DNA of 64,000 nt from Thermoanaerobaculia bacterium (GTDB taxonomy: Bacteria > Acidobacteriota > Thermoanaerobaculia > Multivoradales > Multivoraceae): the NCBI GenBank assembly GCA_022823665.1, contig JAJEHN010000015.1, positions 4,195 through 68,194 on the forward strand. Direction: 5' to 3'. The translations under genes and the position numbers were made by a program. Below the pieces are notes generated by a model that did no database searches, was not told the DNA's origin, and saw only the letters and a list, made by a program, of their open reading frames with translations. Positions 18,132 through 29,490 of the stretch are shown piece after piece. The stretch's first letter is position 1; each line of letters begins with the position of its first letter.

Positions 18132-18987
18132 ACCGGTACGCAGCAACGCCTCGGCAACCGGTTCGTGCGGCGGCAGCGTTCCGAGCCCCGAACGCCTGCC
18201 CGACGGTCAGATCGAAGCCGGCACCTACCGCCTGCGCTTCGCCCGCACCGCCGCCGACATCGACCGGCTGCTCGCGCTCCGTTTCGAGGTCTTCAACCTG
18301 GAGCTGGGTGAGGGCCTCGACGAGTCGTACGACACCGGCCGCGACACGGACGACTTCGACGCGAGTTGCCACCACATGCTGGTCGAGCGGACGGACGGCA
18401 CGATGATCGGCACGTACCGAATGCAGACGGCCGCCATGGCGGCCCGCGCCAACGGTTTCTACTCGGCCATCGAGTACGACCTGGACGCCCTGCCCCGCAG
18501 CGTGCTCGAGCAGTCGGTCGAGATCGGCCGGGCCTGCATCCATCGCCGGCACCGGAAGCGGACCGTTCTCTTCCTGCTCTGGCAGGGCCTGGCCCGCTAC
18601 ATGGTGCACAACCGCCTCCGCTACCTGTTCGGCTGCTGCTCCCTGACCAGCCAGGACCAGGCCGCCGGCATCCGGCTCTACCGGCAGCTCGTCGCGGCGG
18701 GCAAGGTCCGGCCCGACCTCGACGTACCGGTGCTCGAGCACGCCCGCTGCGAGGCGCCGGCCGAGGCGGTCGAGAACCGTCCGGAGGTCGAGATACCGGC
18801 CCTGTTCGCGACCTATCTGCGCTACGGCGCCCTCGTCTGCAGCCGGCCGGCCATCGACCGCGACTTCAAGACGATCGACTACCTGGTCCTGATGGACACC
18901 GCGACGCTCAGCCGGCGCATCCGGCTGATCTTCGGACTCGACCGGGCGCCGGCGGCCGGACCGGCCACGCACGCCGCCGACGCCTGA
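18124..18987 (+). CDS. olsB: Ornithine-acyl-ACP N-acyltransferase (OlsB-like GNAT / Acetyltransf_5)
   Basis: 287 aa. Hallmark OlsB N-terminal region YRLRFARTAADIDRLLALRFEVFNLELGEGL. Followed 5 nt later by a PlsC-type acyltransferase. Confidence 0.8.
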   Translation: MTEPVRSNASATGSCGGSVPSPERLPDGQIEAGTYRLRFARTAADIDRLLALRFEVFNLELGEGLDESYDTGRDTDDFDASCHHMLVERTDGTMIGTYRMQTAAMAARANGFYSAIEYDLDALPRSVLEQSVEIGRACIHRRHRKRTVLFLLWQGLARYMVHNRLRYLFGCCSLTSQDQAAGIRLYRQLVAAGKVRPDLDVPVLEHARCEAPAEAVENRPEVEIPALFATYLRYGALVCSRPAIDRDFKTIDYLVLMDTATLSRRIRLIFGLDRAPAAGPATHAADA

Positions 18988-18991
18988 GGGA

Positions 18992-19807
18992 ATGCGCCTC
19001 CTGCGCGTCTGCCGGCTGGCCTGGCGTGGCCCGGCATTCCTCCTGCTCACGCTGGCCGCGTGGCTGCCGCTGTTCGTGCTGAAGCCGTTTCTCGCGGGCC
19101 GCCGCTACCCGACCTGGCGGAAGGTCCGCGCCGGCATCATGCGCCGCTGGGGCCGCGCCTGCCTGGCGGTGCTCGGCTGCCGGGTGACGGTCCGTGGCGC
19201 GCCGCCGGCGCCGCCCTGCCTGCTGGTCTCGAACCACATCTCCTACGTCGACATCCTGGTGCTCGCGGCCTACTCGCCCGCCCGCTTCGTCTCCAAGGCC
19301 GAGATCGCGGACTGGCCCCTGGCCGGCACCGTCTGCCGAACGGTCGACATCATCTTCGTCGACCGCGGCCGGCGCCGCGACGTGACCCGGGTCGGCGAAC
19401 AGATCGCCGAAGCCCTCGAGGCCGGCGACCCGGTCATCCTCTTCCCCGAAGGCACCTCGACCCCCGGCGACGCGGTGGCCACCCTCAAGCCCTCCCTGCT
19501 GGCGCCGGCCGCCGTCCAGGAACTGCCGGTCCACTGGTCCGTTCTGCGCTACGAGACACCGGATGACGAGGATCCCGCCTTCCTGAGCGTCGCCTGGTGG
19601 GGCGAGATGCCGATGACGCCGCACGCGCCCGAGCTGCTCAAGCTCCGCCGCATCGAGTGCGCACTCGAGTTCGGAGCGGAACCGTTCCGCAACGCGGACC
19701 GCAAGGAACTCGCGGGCCTGCTGCGGCGCCGGATGACGGCGGCGTTCCGGCCGATGGTCTCGAGCGAGAAAGCGGCCGCCTCAACCGGCGACCGCCGGTT
19801 CCCATGA
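18992..19807 (+). CDS. olsA: Lyso-ornithine lipid O-acyltransferase (PlsC/LPLAT family)
   Basis: HX4D motif (SNHISYVDI) and FPEGT motif, with an N-terminal TM. It follows the olsB-like gene. Its stop overlaps the next start (ATGA). Confidence 0.8.
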   Translation: MRLLRVCRLAWRGPAFLLLTLAAWLPLFVLKPFLAGRRYPTWRKVRAGIMRRWGRACLAVLGCRVTVRGAPPAPPCLLVSNHISYVDILVLAAYSPARFVSKAEIADWPLAGTVCRTVDIIFVDRGRRRDVTRVGEQIAEALEAGDPVILFPEGTSTPGDAVATLKPSLLAPAAVQELPVHWSVLRYETPDDEDPAFLSVAWWGEMPMTPHAPELLKLRRIECALEFGAEPFRNADRKELAGLLRRRMTAAFRPMVSSEKAAASTGDRRFP

Positions 19808-22449
19808 CGACCTCCGGGCGGCGTCTGCCCTGGCTCCGGATCGCGCTCGGCGCCTATGCCGCCGCGCTGCTCGCGTCGACCGCCGTTCGCATCGTTGCGC
19901 CCGAACCGCCGCTGCCCGAACACCGCAAGACGATGGAGATCCCGACGCCGAGCGGCGAAGGCACGCTGCGCATCGCCTGGAACGAAGCGCCGGGAACCGA
20001 CGAGAGCATGTTTCCGCTCGTCTTGCTCCACGGTTCGCCCGGAAGCGCCGACAACTTCCGTCAACTCCGGGTGATCTGGGTTCTGAGAGCACTGGCCGAA
20101 CCGGCTGGCGACACGGACCAGAGCAGTGAGGCGGGGATCCGCAGCCGGCGGCTCATCACGCCCGACTTGCCAGGCTTCGGCGCCTCCGACAATCGCGTCG
20201 CCGACTACTCCTCCCGCGGCCACGCCGACTCGACGCTGAAGCTGCTCGACCGGCTGGGCGTCGACCGGTTTCACGTCCTCGGTTTCAGCATGGGCGGCGC
20301 GGTGGCGCTGCATCTCGTCGACCAGGCGCCCGACCGGGTGGCGTCCGTGATCATGGTCTCCTCGGTCGGCGTGCAGGAACTCGAGCTCCTGGGCGACTAC
20401 ACGGTCAACCACGGTCTGCACGGTCTCCAGCTCGGCCTGCTCTGGACGATCCGGAACCTGGTTCCCCACTTCGGCCTGCTCGACATCCCCGCAGCCCGCT
20501 CCTACGCCCGCAACTTCTACGACACGGATCAGCGACCACTACGAGGCATCCTGGAGTCCCTCGAAGCGCCGGTCTTCATCATCCACGGCGCGCGGGATCC
20601 ACTGGTCCCGGCCGCCGCGGCGCTGGAGCACCACCGCGTCGTGCCGCACAGCGAGCTGTGGATGCGGCCGGACAGCCACTTCTTCCTGTTCCGCGGCGGC
20701 GACGACCTGATGGATCGGATCGAGGAGTTCCTGGGCCGCGTCGAAGCGGGCGAGGCGGCCACGCGCGGCGATGCCGAAGCGGAGCGGCTGCGGCGGGCGG
20801 CACTGCCGTTCGACGACATGGACCTGCCGCCGTTCACCGGTCCCGCCCTGCTGATCGTCTTCCTGCTTCTCGTTTTCGCCGCGTACGCCAGCGAGGACCT
20901 GACCTGCATCACCGCCGGTCTGCTCGTCGCCCAAGGCCGGCTCGACTTCCCCGTGGCCGTCGCCGCCTGCTACGCCGGCATCCTGAGCAGCGACCTCGGC
21001 ATCGCCTGGCTGGCGCGCGTCCTCGGCCGGCCCGCGCTCAGACTGCCGCCCTTCAAGTGGTGGGTCAGCGAAGCGAGGTTCGAAGAGGCTTCGGCCTGGC
21101 TGCGGCGGCGCGCCCTGGTCGTCGTTCTGGTCAGCCGTTTCCTGCCGGGAACGCGGCTGCCGACGTGCCTGGCGGCCGGCATCCTGCGCACGAGCCTGCT
21201 CCGGTTCTGCTTCTACTTCGCTCTCGCCGTGGCCATCTGGACACCCGCCTTCGTCGGCGTCAACGCGCTCCTGGGACGCGAGGCGGTGGAACGTTTCGGC
21301 GGCCGGCTGCCGGGGGGGCTGCTCGGCGCCGCGCTGGCGCTGGCGGCCGTCATCTTCACCGTCCGGAGCGTCGTTGTGCCGCTCTTCACCTGGCGCGGCC
21401 GCCGCCTCTGGCGCGGCCGCCTGCTGCGCATCCGGCACTGGGAGTTCTGGCCGATGTGGGCGTTCTACCCGCCGCTCGCGCTCTACATCCTCTGGCAAGG
21501 CCTGCGACGCGGCAGCCTCACCGCGTTCACCGCGATCAACCCCGCCATGCCTCTCGGCGGCCTGCTCGGAGAATCGAAGAGCGACATCCTGGACGGGCTC
21601 GCCGGCATCGGCGACGCGCTGCCCGCCTGGAAGCGAATGCCGGCGGGAAGCCATGAGGAACGCATCGCGGCTCTGCGCTGCTTCCTGGAAGAAGAGAAGC
21701 TGGACTATCCGGTCGTGCTCAAGCCGGACACCGGCGAGCGCGGCCGCGGTGTCGCCGTGGCGCGCTCCGAAGCCGATGCGGCGACCTTCTTCGAGGAGAC
21801 GCCGGGACCGGCGCTCGCGCAGGAGTACGTCGCGGGCGAGGAGTACGGCGTGTTCTGGGCTCGCCACCCGGGCCGCCACGACGGGCACGTCTTCTCGATC
21901 ACCCACAAGGTCCGGCCCACGGTAACCGGCGACGGAACCAGCACCCTCGAACGGCTGATCCTGGCCGACGCGCGCGCCGTCGCCATCACCCACGTCTACC
22001 GGCGCGAACATCCGGAAGCGGCGACGCGGATCCCGGCCGCCGGCGAGGAAATCGAACTGACCGAGGTCGGCGCCCACTCGCGCGGGACGATCTTCCTGGA
22101 CGCGAACGACCTCCACACGCCCGAACTCGAACAGGCGATGAACACGATCTGCACCGCCTACGAGGGCTTCGACTTCGGCCGTCTCGATGTCCGCGCCCCC
22201 AGCGCCGAAGCCCTGCGGCGCGGTGAGGGCCTCCGCGTCCTGGAAGTCAACGGCGTGACCTCCGAGGCGACGCACATGTACGACGCCCGCTACGGCTTCT
22301 TCGCCGCCCACGCCATCCTGCGGCGCCAGTGGCGGATGGCCTTCGACCTCGCCGCCGAGCACACTCGCGACGGCGCCCAACCGGCGACCGTGAGTGAGAT
22401 CGTCCGCGCCGTCCGGGCAGAACGACGAGCCCGCCGCGGCGCGGCGTAG
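19804..22449 (+). CDS. Three-domain fusion: alpha/beta-hydrolase + DedA/VTT membrane domain + ATP-grasp carboxylate-amine ligase
   Basis: 881 aa from the internal Met (MTTSGRRLPWLRIALGAYAAALLAS, TM). (1) HGSPGS...GFSMGG (GxSxG nucleophile elbow) and a later ...IHGARDPLVP motif: alpha/beta-hydrolase. (2) LLIVFLLLVFAAYASEDLTCITAGLLVAQGRLDFPVAVAACYAGILSSDLGIAWLARVLGRP...LVSRFLPGTRLPTCLAAG: DedA/SNARE-associated. (3) YPVVLKPDTGERGRGVAVARSEADA...QEYVAGEEYGVFW...LEVNGVTSEATHMYDA: RimK-like ATP-grasp. The track ORF is extended 69 codons upstream. Confidence 0.75.
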   Translation: MTTSGRRLPWLRIALGAYAAALLASTAVRIVAPEPPLPEHRKTMEIPTPSGEGTLRIAWNEAPGTDESMFPLVLLHGSPGSADNFRQLRVIWVLRALAEPAGDTDQSSEAGIRSRRLITPDLPGFGASDNRVADYSSRGHADSTLKLLDRLGVDRFHVLGFSMGGAVALHLVDQAPDRVASVIMVSSVGVQELELLGDYTVNHGLHGLQLGLLWTIRNLVPHFGLLDIPAARSYARNFYDTDQRPLRGILESLEAPVFIIHGARDPLVPAAAALEHHRVVPHSELWMRPDSHFFLFRGGDDLMDRIEEFLGRVEAGEAATRGDAEAERLRRAALPFDDMDLPPFTGPALLIVFLLLVFAAYASEDLTCITAGLLVAQGRLDFPVAVAACYAGILSSDLGIAWLARVLGRPALRLPPFKWWVSEARFEEASAWLRRRALVVVLVSRFLPGTRLPTCLAAGILRTSLLRFCFYFALAVAIWTPAFVGVNALLGREAVERFGGRLPGGLLGAALALAAVIFTVRSVVVPLFTWRGRRLWRGRLLRIRHWEFWPMWAFYPPLALYILWQGLRRGSLTAFTAINPAMPLGGLLGESKSDILDGLAGIGDALPAWKRMPAGSHEERIAALRCFLEEEKLDYPVVLKPDTGERGRGVAVARSEADAATFFEETPGPALAQEYVAGEEYGVFWARHPGRHDGHVFSITHKVRPTVTGDGTSTLERLILADARAVAITHVYRREHPEAATRIPAAGEEIELTEVGAHSRGTIFLDANDLHTPELEQAMNTICTAYEGFDFGRLDVRAPSAEALRRGEGLRVLEVNGVTSEATHMYDARYGFFAAHAILRRQWRMAFDLAAEHTRDGAQPATVSEIVRAVRAERRARRGAA

Positions 22450-22453
22450 CGCC

Positions 22454-22921
22454 TTACCCCGCCTTCGCGGACGCCTTCTTCTTCGTCGTCCGCCGCCGCG
22501 GCTTCGGCTTCTCCAGGGCGTCGAGTCGCGCTTCGATCGCGCTCAGCCGCTCGATCACCGCCTCCAGGTCGGCCTTGCCGGGGACGCCGAGCTTCTCGAG
22601 TCGCCGCTCCAGGTGCTCGTCGATTCCCGTCCGCGCCTTGGCCCGGGTCTGCTCGATTCCCTTCTCGGCGGCGGAGCGCACCTGCTGGACCTTCTCCTCG
22701 GCCTTGTCCCGCCAGTTGCCCAGGGAGTCCCGACCCTGGCTTTCGACCTTCTCGCCGCGGGCGACCAGCCGGTCGAAGACCTTGGCCCCCGCGTCCGCCG
22801 CTTCGCCCGCCACGCCGACGCCGGCGAGCGCCACCTTGTGAGCCTTGTCGACGGCGGATTCGACCACCGCCCGCGCTTTCGATTCGCTATCCCTGGTTTC
22901 CGCCGCGGATGCTGCTGTCAT
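22454..22921 (-). CDS. Phasin / PHA granule-associated protein (TIGR01837-like)
   Basis: 155 aa. Coiled-coil, Lys/Glu-rich. The motif ...KVFDRLVARGEKVESQGRD...LEKLGVPGKADLEAVIERLSAIEARLDALE is typical of the poly(hydroxyalkanoate) granule-associated family. Confidence 0.6.
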   Translation of the reverse strand: MTAASAAETRDSESKARAVVESAVDKAHKVALAGVGVAGEAADAGAKVFDRLVARGEKVESQGRDSLGNWRDKAEEKVQQVRSAAEKGIEQTRAKARTGIDEHLERRLEKLGVPGKADLEAVIERLSAIEARLDALEKPKPRRRTTKKKASAKAG

Positions 22922-22937
22922 CTCGTTCTCCCCTTGT

Positions 22938-23711
22938 CTAGCGCCTTGCCGCCAGCCGCCGCTTCACCGTCTCGATGGGATTGCGATAGTCCACCGTGCC
23001 GAGGCCGCGGTTGGTCAGCTTGTAACCGATCAACGCCTGCAGCTTCTCCGGCATTTCCACCACGACTTCCCACGGCACGCCGACGAACTGGTTCTCCCGC
23101 TGCTTGAGCCACGCCAGGTTGAAGTTGAAGTTGATCGACCGTCGATACCCGTTGTCCGTCGAATTCCCGCCGCCCCGGTGCCAGACGGCGCCGTCCCAGA
23201 GGAACAGCGCCCCGGCCGGCATCTCCACGGTCAGCGTGGGCACGTCCGGATCGACCGGATCGGCAGAGCGGTGGCTGCCGGGAACGATCTCCGTCGCCCC
23301 GTTCTCGGCCGTAAACGGATCGAGCGCGATCAACGTGTTGGCGATCAGCGGAAAGTGCGGCCGCGCAAGCGGATAGTGGCCGTCGTCCTGGTGCATCCGC
23401 TGGCGACGGTCGCCCGGGCCCGGGCGCATCGCGGCGACGCCGGAGACCTGGTAGTCCGGGCCGAGCACCGCCTCCACCAGCCCCAGCAGGCGGTCGTCCA
23501 TGAGGAGTTCGTCGACGGCGCGGGTCTTGGCCAGCAGGTTGTGGGTGTGGATCGTCTGCTGGCCGTAGTCGTCCGTCAGCCGGCTGCCGATCTCGTCGAA
23601 AACGGGGGCGAGGCCACGCCGCAGCCCCTCCAGCATCTCTTCGTCCAGGAAGTCGGGCACCACCGTGTAGCCGTCTTGGCGGACCTGGCGCGCTGAAGTC
23701 TCGATATCCAT
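22938..23711 (-). CDS. Phytanoyl-CoA dioxygenase (PhyH) family Fe(II)/2-oxoglutarate oxygenase
   Basis: PhyH fold markers: HQDDGHYP (HxD facial triad), GALFLWDGAVWHRGGGN (distal His), RRS. Start set at the internal Met MDIETSARQ. Confidence 0.7.
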   Translation of the reverse strand: MDIETSARQVRQDGYTVVPDFLDEEMLEGLRRGLAPVFDEIGSRLTDDYGQQTIHTHNLLAKTRAVDELLMDDRLLGLVEAVLGPDYQVSGVAAMRPGPGDRRQRMHQDDGHYPLARPHFPLIANTLIALDPFTAENGATEIVPGSHRSADPVDPDVPTLTVEMPAGALFLWDGAVWHRGGGNSTDNGYRRSINFNFNLAWLKQRENQFVGVPWEVVVEMPEKLQALIGYKLTNRGLGTVDYRNPIETVKRRLAARR

Positions 23712-23779
23712 GAAGTCCCGTGAACAGTGATCCGTTGAAGCTTGCGCGGCAGCGTAACAAAGCGGGTAGCCTTCGTCCC

Positions 23780-24685
23780 ATGACAAGAAAGACGATGTAC
23801 AGCCGACCGATGTTCCGGGCCCTCCTGGCGACGCTGATCACGTTCGTCGCCTTCTCCGGCGCCTGGGCGCAAAGCGACGCCTCGACCCAGGCCTTCACGG
23901 CGAGCGACGGCGTCGAGATCCACTACCTCGTCGAGGGCCGCGGCGACCCGGTCGTGCTGCTCCACGGCATCACCGGCACCGCCGCCTCGAACTGGGGCGC
24001 CGCCGGCATCATCGGCCGGCTGGCCGAGGAGTTCCAGGTCATCGCCGTCGACCAGCGCGGGCACGGCAAGAGCGGCAAGCCGCACGACGCGGCGAGCTAC
24101 GGCGAGCGCATGGCCCTGGACGTCGTCGACCTGCTCGACCACCTGAGGCTGCAGCAGGCGCACGTCGTCGGCTACTCGATGGGCGGCTTCATCACGATGA
24201 AAGTCGTCGCCCTCGCGCCTGACCGGTTGATGTCGGCCGTGGTCGGCGGCGCCGGCTGGCCCAGCCCCGAACTGCGCGACGACGCGATGTTCGACGCGCT
24301 CGCGGAGTCTCTCGAGGGGGGCAACGGCGGAGGCCCCCTGGTCGAGTTCCTGTGGCCGGGCGAGGAACCGCCGACCCCCGAGCAGGTTCAGGCGATCGGC
24401 CAGGCGATGGTCGCCTCGAACGACCAGGCGGCCCTGGCAGCGGTCGTCCGCGGCATGGCCGGTCTCGACGTGAGCGCCGAACTCCTGCGCGTCAACAAGG
24501 TGCCGACCCTCAACATCATCGGCAGCGACGATCCCCTGAAGCCCAACGCCGACGCTCTGGTCGACACCATGCAGGAGCACCGCCTCCACGTCATCGAAGG
24601 CGCGAACCACATGAACACCCTGAACTCCCCCGAGTTCGTCGACACCGTCCGCGCTTTCTTCATCGAACTCTGCAACTGCGCGTAG
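23780..24685 (+). CDS. Secreted alpha/beta-hydrolase
   Basis: Signal peptide ...MFRALLATLITFVAFSGAWAQ. HGITGTAASNW. GYSMGG nucleophile elbow. C-terminal GANHM (His). The start is ambiguous among three in-frame Met (23780/23795/23810). Confidence 0.7.
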   Translation: MTRKTMYSRPMFRALLATLITFVAFSGAWAQSDASTQAFTASDGVEIHYLVEGRGDPVVLLHGITGTAASNWGAAGIIGRLAEEFQVIAVDQRGHGKSGKPHDAASYGERMALDVVDLLDHLRLQQAHVVGYSMGGFITMKVVALAPDRLMSAVVGGAGWPSPELRDDAMFDALAESLEGGNGGGPLVEFLWPGEEPPTPEQVQAIGQAMVASNDQAALAAVVRGMAGLDVSAELLRVNKVPTLNIIGSDDPLKPNADALVDTMQEHRLHVIEGANHMNTLNSPEFVDTVRAFFIELCNCA

Positions 24686-24716
24686 CGGCGACGCGCGGCT
24701 GCAACTGCTGACGGCG

Positions 24717-25853
24717 CTACGCCGAGAGCTGCGTCTCGACGAGCGTCGTCCAGTAGCGCATGCCGACCGGCAGGACGTCGTCGTTGAAGTCGTAGCGCGG
24801 GGTGTGGAGCCCGGCGCTTTCGCCGTTGCCGAGGAACATGAAGGCGCCAGGGCGCTCCTGGAGCATGTAGGCGAAATCCTCGGAGCCCATCACCGGGGCC
24901 AGGCTCGTGGTGACTTCCCTGCCGACCTCGCGGGCGGCGTTGGCCGCCTTCTCCGTCTGCTCGGCGTGGTTCACCGTCGCCGGGTAGTAGTGGCGGTACT
25001 GGAACTCGAAGCCTGCGCCGTGGGCGGTGCAGATGCCGCGGCCGATCTGGCGCATCCGCCGCTCGACCAGCTTCTGCACCTCGGGCAGGAACGCCCGGAC
25101 GCAGCCGCCGTGGACGACCCGGCTCGGGATCACGTTGTCCGCGTGACCGCCGTGGACACGGGCCACCGTGATCACCGCGCTATGGAGCGGATCCACGTTG
25201 CGGGCGACGATCGTCTGCAGGGCGAGGACGATCTCGGCCCCTATCGGGATCGGGTCCACCGTGCCGTGAGGAAACGCCGCGTGGCCGCCCGCGCTGGTCA
25301 CCGCGAACTCGAAGACGTCGATGGCCGCCATCAGCGGCCCGGCGCAGAGGCCGAAATTGCCGACGTCCATGCCCGGATAGTTGTGGACGCCGTAGACCTC
25401 CTCGGCCGGGAACTGCTCGAACAGCCCCTCCTCGATCATCACCCGGGCGCCGCCGTCCTTCTCCTCCGCGGGCTGGAAGAAGAAGTAGACCGTGCCGTCG
25501 AAGGACCGGTTCTCGCTCAGGTGCTTCGCCGCGCCGAGCAGCATCGCGGTGTGGCCGTCGTGGCCGCAGGCGTGCATCTTGCCGGGGTTCCGGGAACGGT
25601 GCTCGAAGTCGTTCTCCTCGTGAATCGGCAACGCGTCCATGTCCGCCCGCAGCGCGATGCTGCGGTCAGACGAACCGGACCTGAGCACGCCGACCACCCC
25701 GGTGCCGGCGAGGCCGCGATGAACCTCGATGCCGCCGAAGGACTCGAGCAGCTTCGCCACCTTGCCGCTCGTCACCTTCTCCTCGAACGCGAGTTCCGGG
25801 TGCCGGTGGAAGTCCCGGCGCCAGGACCTCATCTGTTCGTGCAGCGGATCCAT
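24717..25853 (-). CDS. M20D-family amidohydrolase (hippurate hydrolase / aminoacylase-like)
   Basis: MHACGHDGH metal-binding motif. The conserved M20 dimerisation domain. Start at the internal Met MDPLHEQMRSWRRDFHRHPELAFEE, which is the typical family N-terminus. Confidence 0.8.
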   Translation of the reverse strand: MDPLHEQMRSWRRDFHRHPELAFEEKVTSGKVAKLLESFGGIEVHRGLAGTGVVGVLRSGSSDRSIALRADMDALPIHEENDFEHRSRNPGKMHACGHDGHTAMLLGAAKHLSENRSFDGTVYFFFQPAEEKDGGARVMIEEGLFEQFPAEEVYGVHNYPGMDVGNFGLCAGPLMAAIDVFEFAVTSAGGHAAFPHGTVDPIPIGAEIVLALQTIVARNVDPLHSAVITVARVHGGHADNVIPSRVVHGGCVRAFLPEVQKLVERRMRQIGRGICTAHGAGFEFQYRHYYPATVNHAEQTEKAANAAREVGREVTTSLAPVMGSEDFAYMLQERPGAFMFLGNGESAGLHTPRYDFNDDVLPVGMRYWTTLVETQLSA

Positions 25854-25884
25854 GAGCTTCGATGGTAGCGGACGATCGAACCTC

Positions 25885-26301
25885 TCAACGACCGCCTTCG
25901 GGGGCGAACGGGTCGAGCACCGGGACTCCGAACGGCTCGAAGTCCCGGACATTCCGGGTAACCACCGTGAGGCCATGAGTTCGGGCCACGGCCGCGATCA
26001 TCGCGTCCTGGACCAAGGCTCCGGACTGCCGGTGCATCAGCCGTCCCCATTCTCTGAACGCGGCTGAGTCCAGAACCAGGACGGGATAGGCAAGGACCAC
26101 CTGCTCCAGCCATGTCTCCAACTCCCGAGCCTTGTCCGCGTCCGTCGCCCTCGTGATCTCGATTCCCGCCTGGATCTCGCCGATCGTGACCGCAGAGAGA
26201 TGAAGACGCTCGGACGGCACGCCGCGAATCCACCGCAGAACCGACGGATGCGGGCGAGGACGTCGCAACTCGGATACGACGTTCGTGTCGAGCAGATACA
26301 C
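25885..26301 (-). CDS. vapC: PIN-domain toxin VapC (type II TA)
   Basis: 138 aa. MYLLDTNVVSE (first acidic residue of the PIN fold). Conserved D...E...D...TRN pattern. A Phd/YefM-like gene sits immediately upstream, 5 nt away. Confidence 0.8.
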   Translation of the reverse strand: MYLLDTNVVSELRRPRPHPSVLRWIRGVPSERLHLSAVTIGEIQAGIEITRATDADKARELETWLEQVVLAYPVLVLDSAAFREWGRLMHRQSGALVQDAMIAAVARTHGLTVVTRNVRDFEPFGVPVLDPFAPEGGR

Positions 26302-26306
26302 GGAAG

Positions 26307-26567
26307 TCAGTCGAAACGCGGCGCGGCGCGGCGGCGCAACGCCCGCCGCGGCGGAGCCAGGGTCTCGGTCCGCGGTTCAGAGGCCAGCAGCAGCGTCTTG
26401 AGGTCCGGCCTCGACGCCCGCAGCAGCAGCCGCCACTGCTCGATGGGCACCAGGACGGCCGTCTCGACGCCACGCTTCGTCACGATCTGTGGCCCCTCGG
26501 CGACACTCGTCTCCAGGAACTCGCTGAAACGGGCCTTCGCATCCTGCACCTGCCACACGTTGTCCAT
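26307..26567 (-). CDS. vapB: Phd/YefM-family antitoxin (VapB-like)
   Basis: 86 aa. N-terminal W.V.DAKARFSEFLE...GPQIVTKRGVETAVLVPIEQW is the Phd/YefM fold. Confidence 0.75.
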   Translation of the reverse strand: MDNVWQVQDAKARFSEFLETSVAEGPQIVTKRGVETAVLVPIEQWRLLLRASRPDLKTLLLASEPRTETLAPPRRALRRRAAPRFD

Positions 26568-26729
26568 TCGTGGTCCCCAGGTCGTCGACAGAAGAGACTA
26601 GGCTTCAGACTAGTCCGACGTAGGCAGGCACGTCAATCGCCCGGCCAACCACCATGCGCCCGGTAGGTACACTCCGCATCGCCGACGCCACTCGGTATCC
26701 GACTCGCCCTGCGGCGAAGCAGCTTCCTC

Positions 26730-29318
<2,589 letters not shown>

Positions 29319-29336
29319 ACGGACTGTCCTCCGCTG

Positions 29337-29375
29337 GGTGCGCGGGTCTTCTGACCCGCTGCCGCCGAAGGCGGC
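29337..29375. repeat. REP-like ~39-bp double-hairpin element, copy 2 (also a likely leuS terminator hairpin)
   Basis: ggtgcgcgggtcttctgacccgc + tgccgccgaaggcggc, 19 nt after the leuS stop. Inverted relative to copy 1. Confidence 0.55.
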
Positions 29376-29490
29376 CATGTGCACGCGCCGGCCGCCAGGC
29401 CGGCTCCGCTCTGAGGAATCGGTTATCATCTCCCGCCCCCGGAGGCGCTGCCACGCATCCGCCCCGGGCCCCAACCTCAGCGAGACGATC

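Noticed and set aside
20539-22380. 613-aa minus-strand ORF, and the 332-aa plus-strand ORF at 20658..21656
   Set aside because: Antisense or alternate frame to the hydrolase-DedA-ATP-grasp gene, which has clear domain signatures. These are poly-Arg/Gly/Ala.
29376-29490. Zur box upstream of rpmE2
   Set aside because: No AT-rich palindrome resembling known Zur operators. The region is GC-rich.
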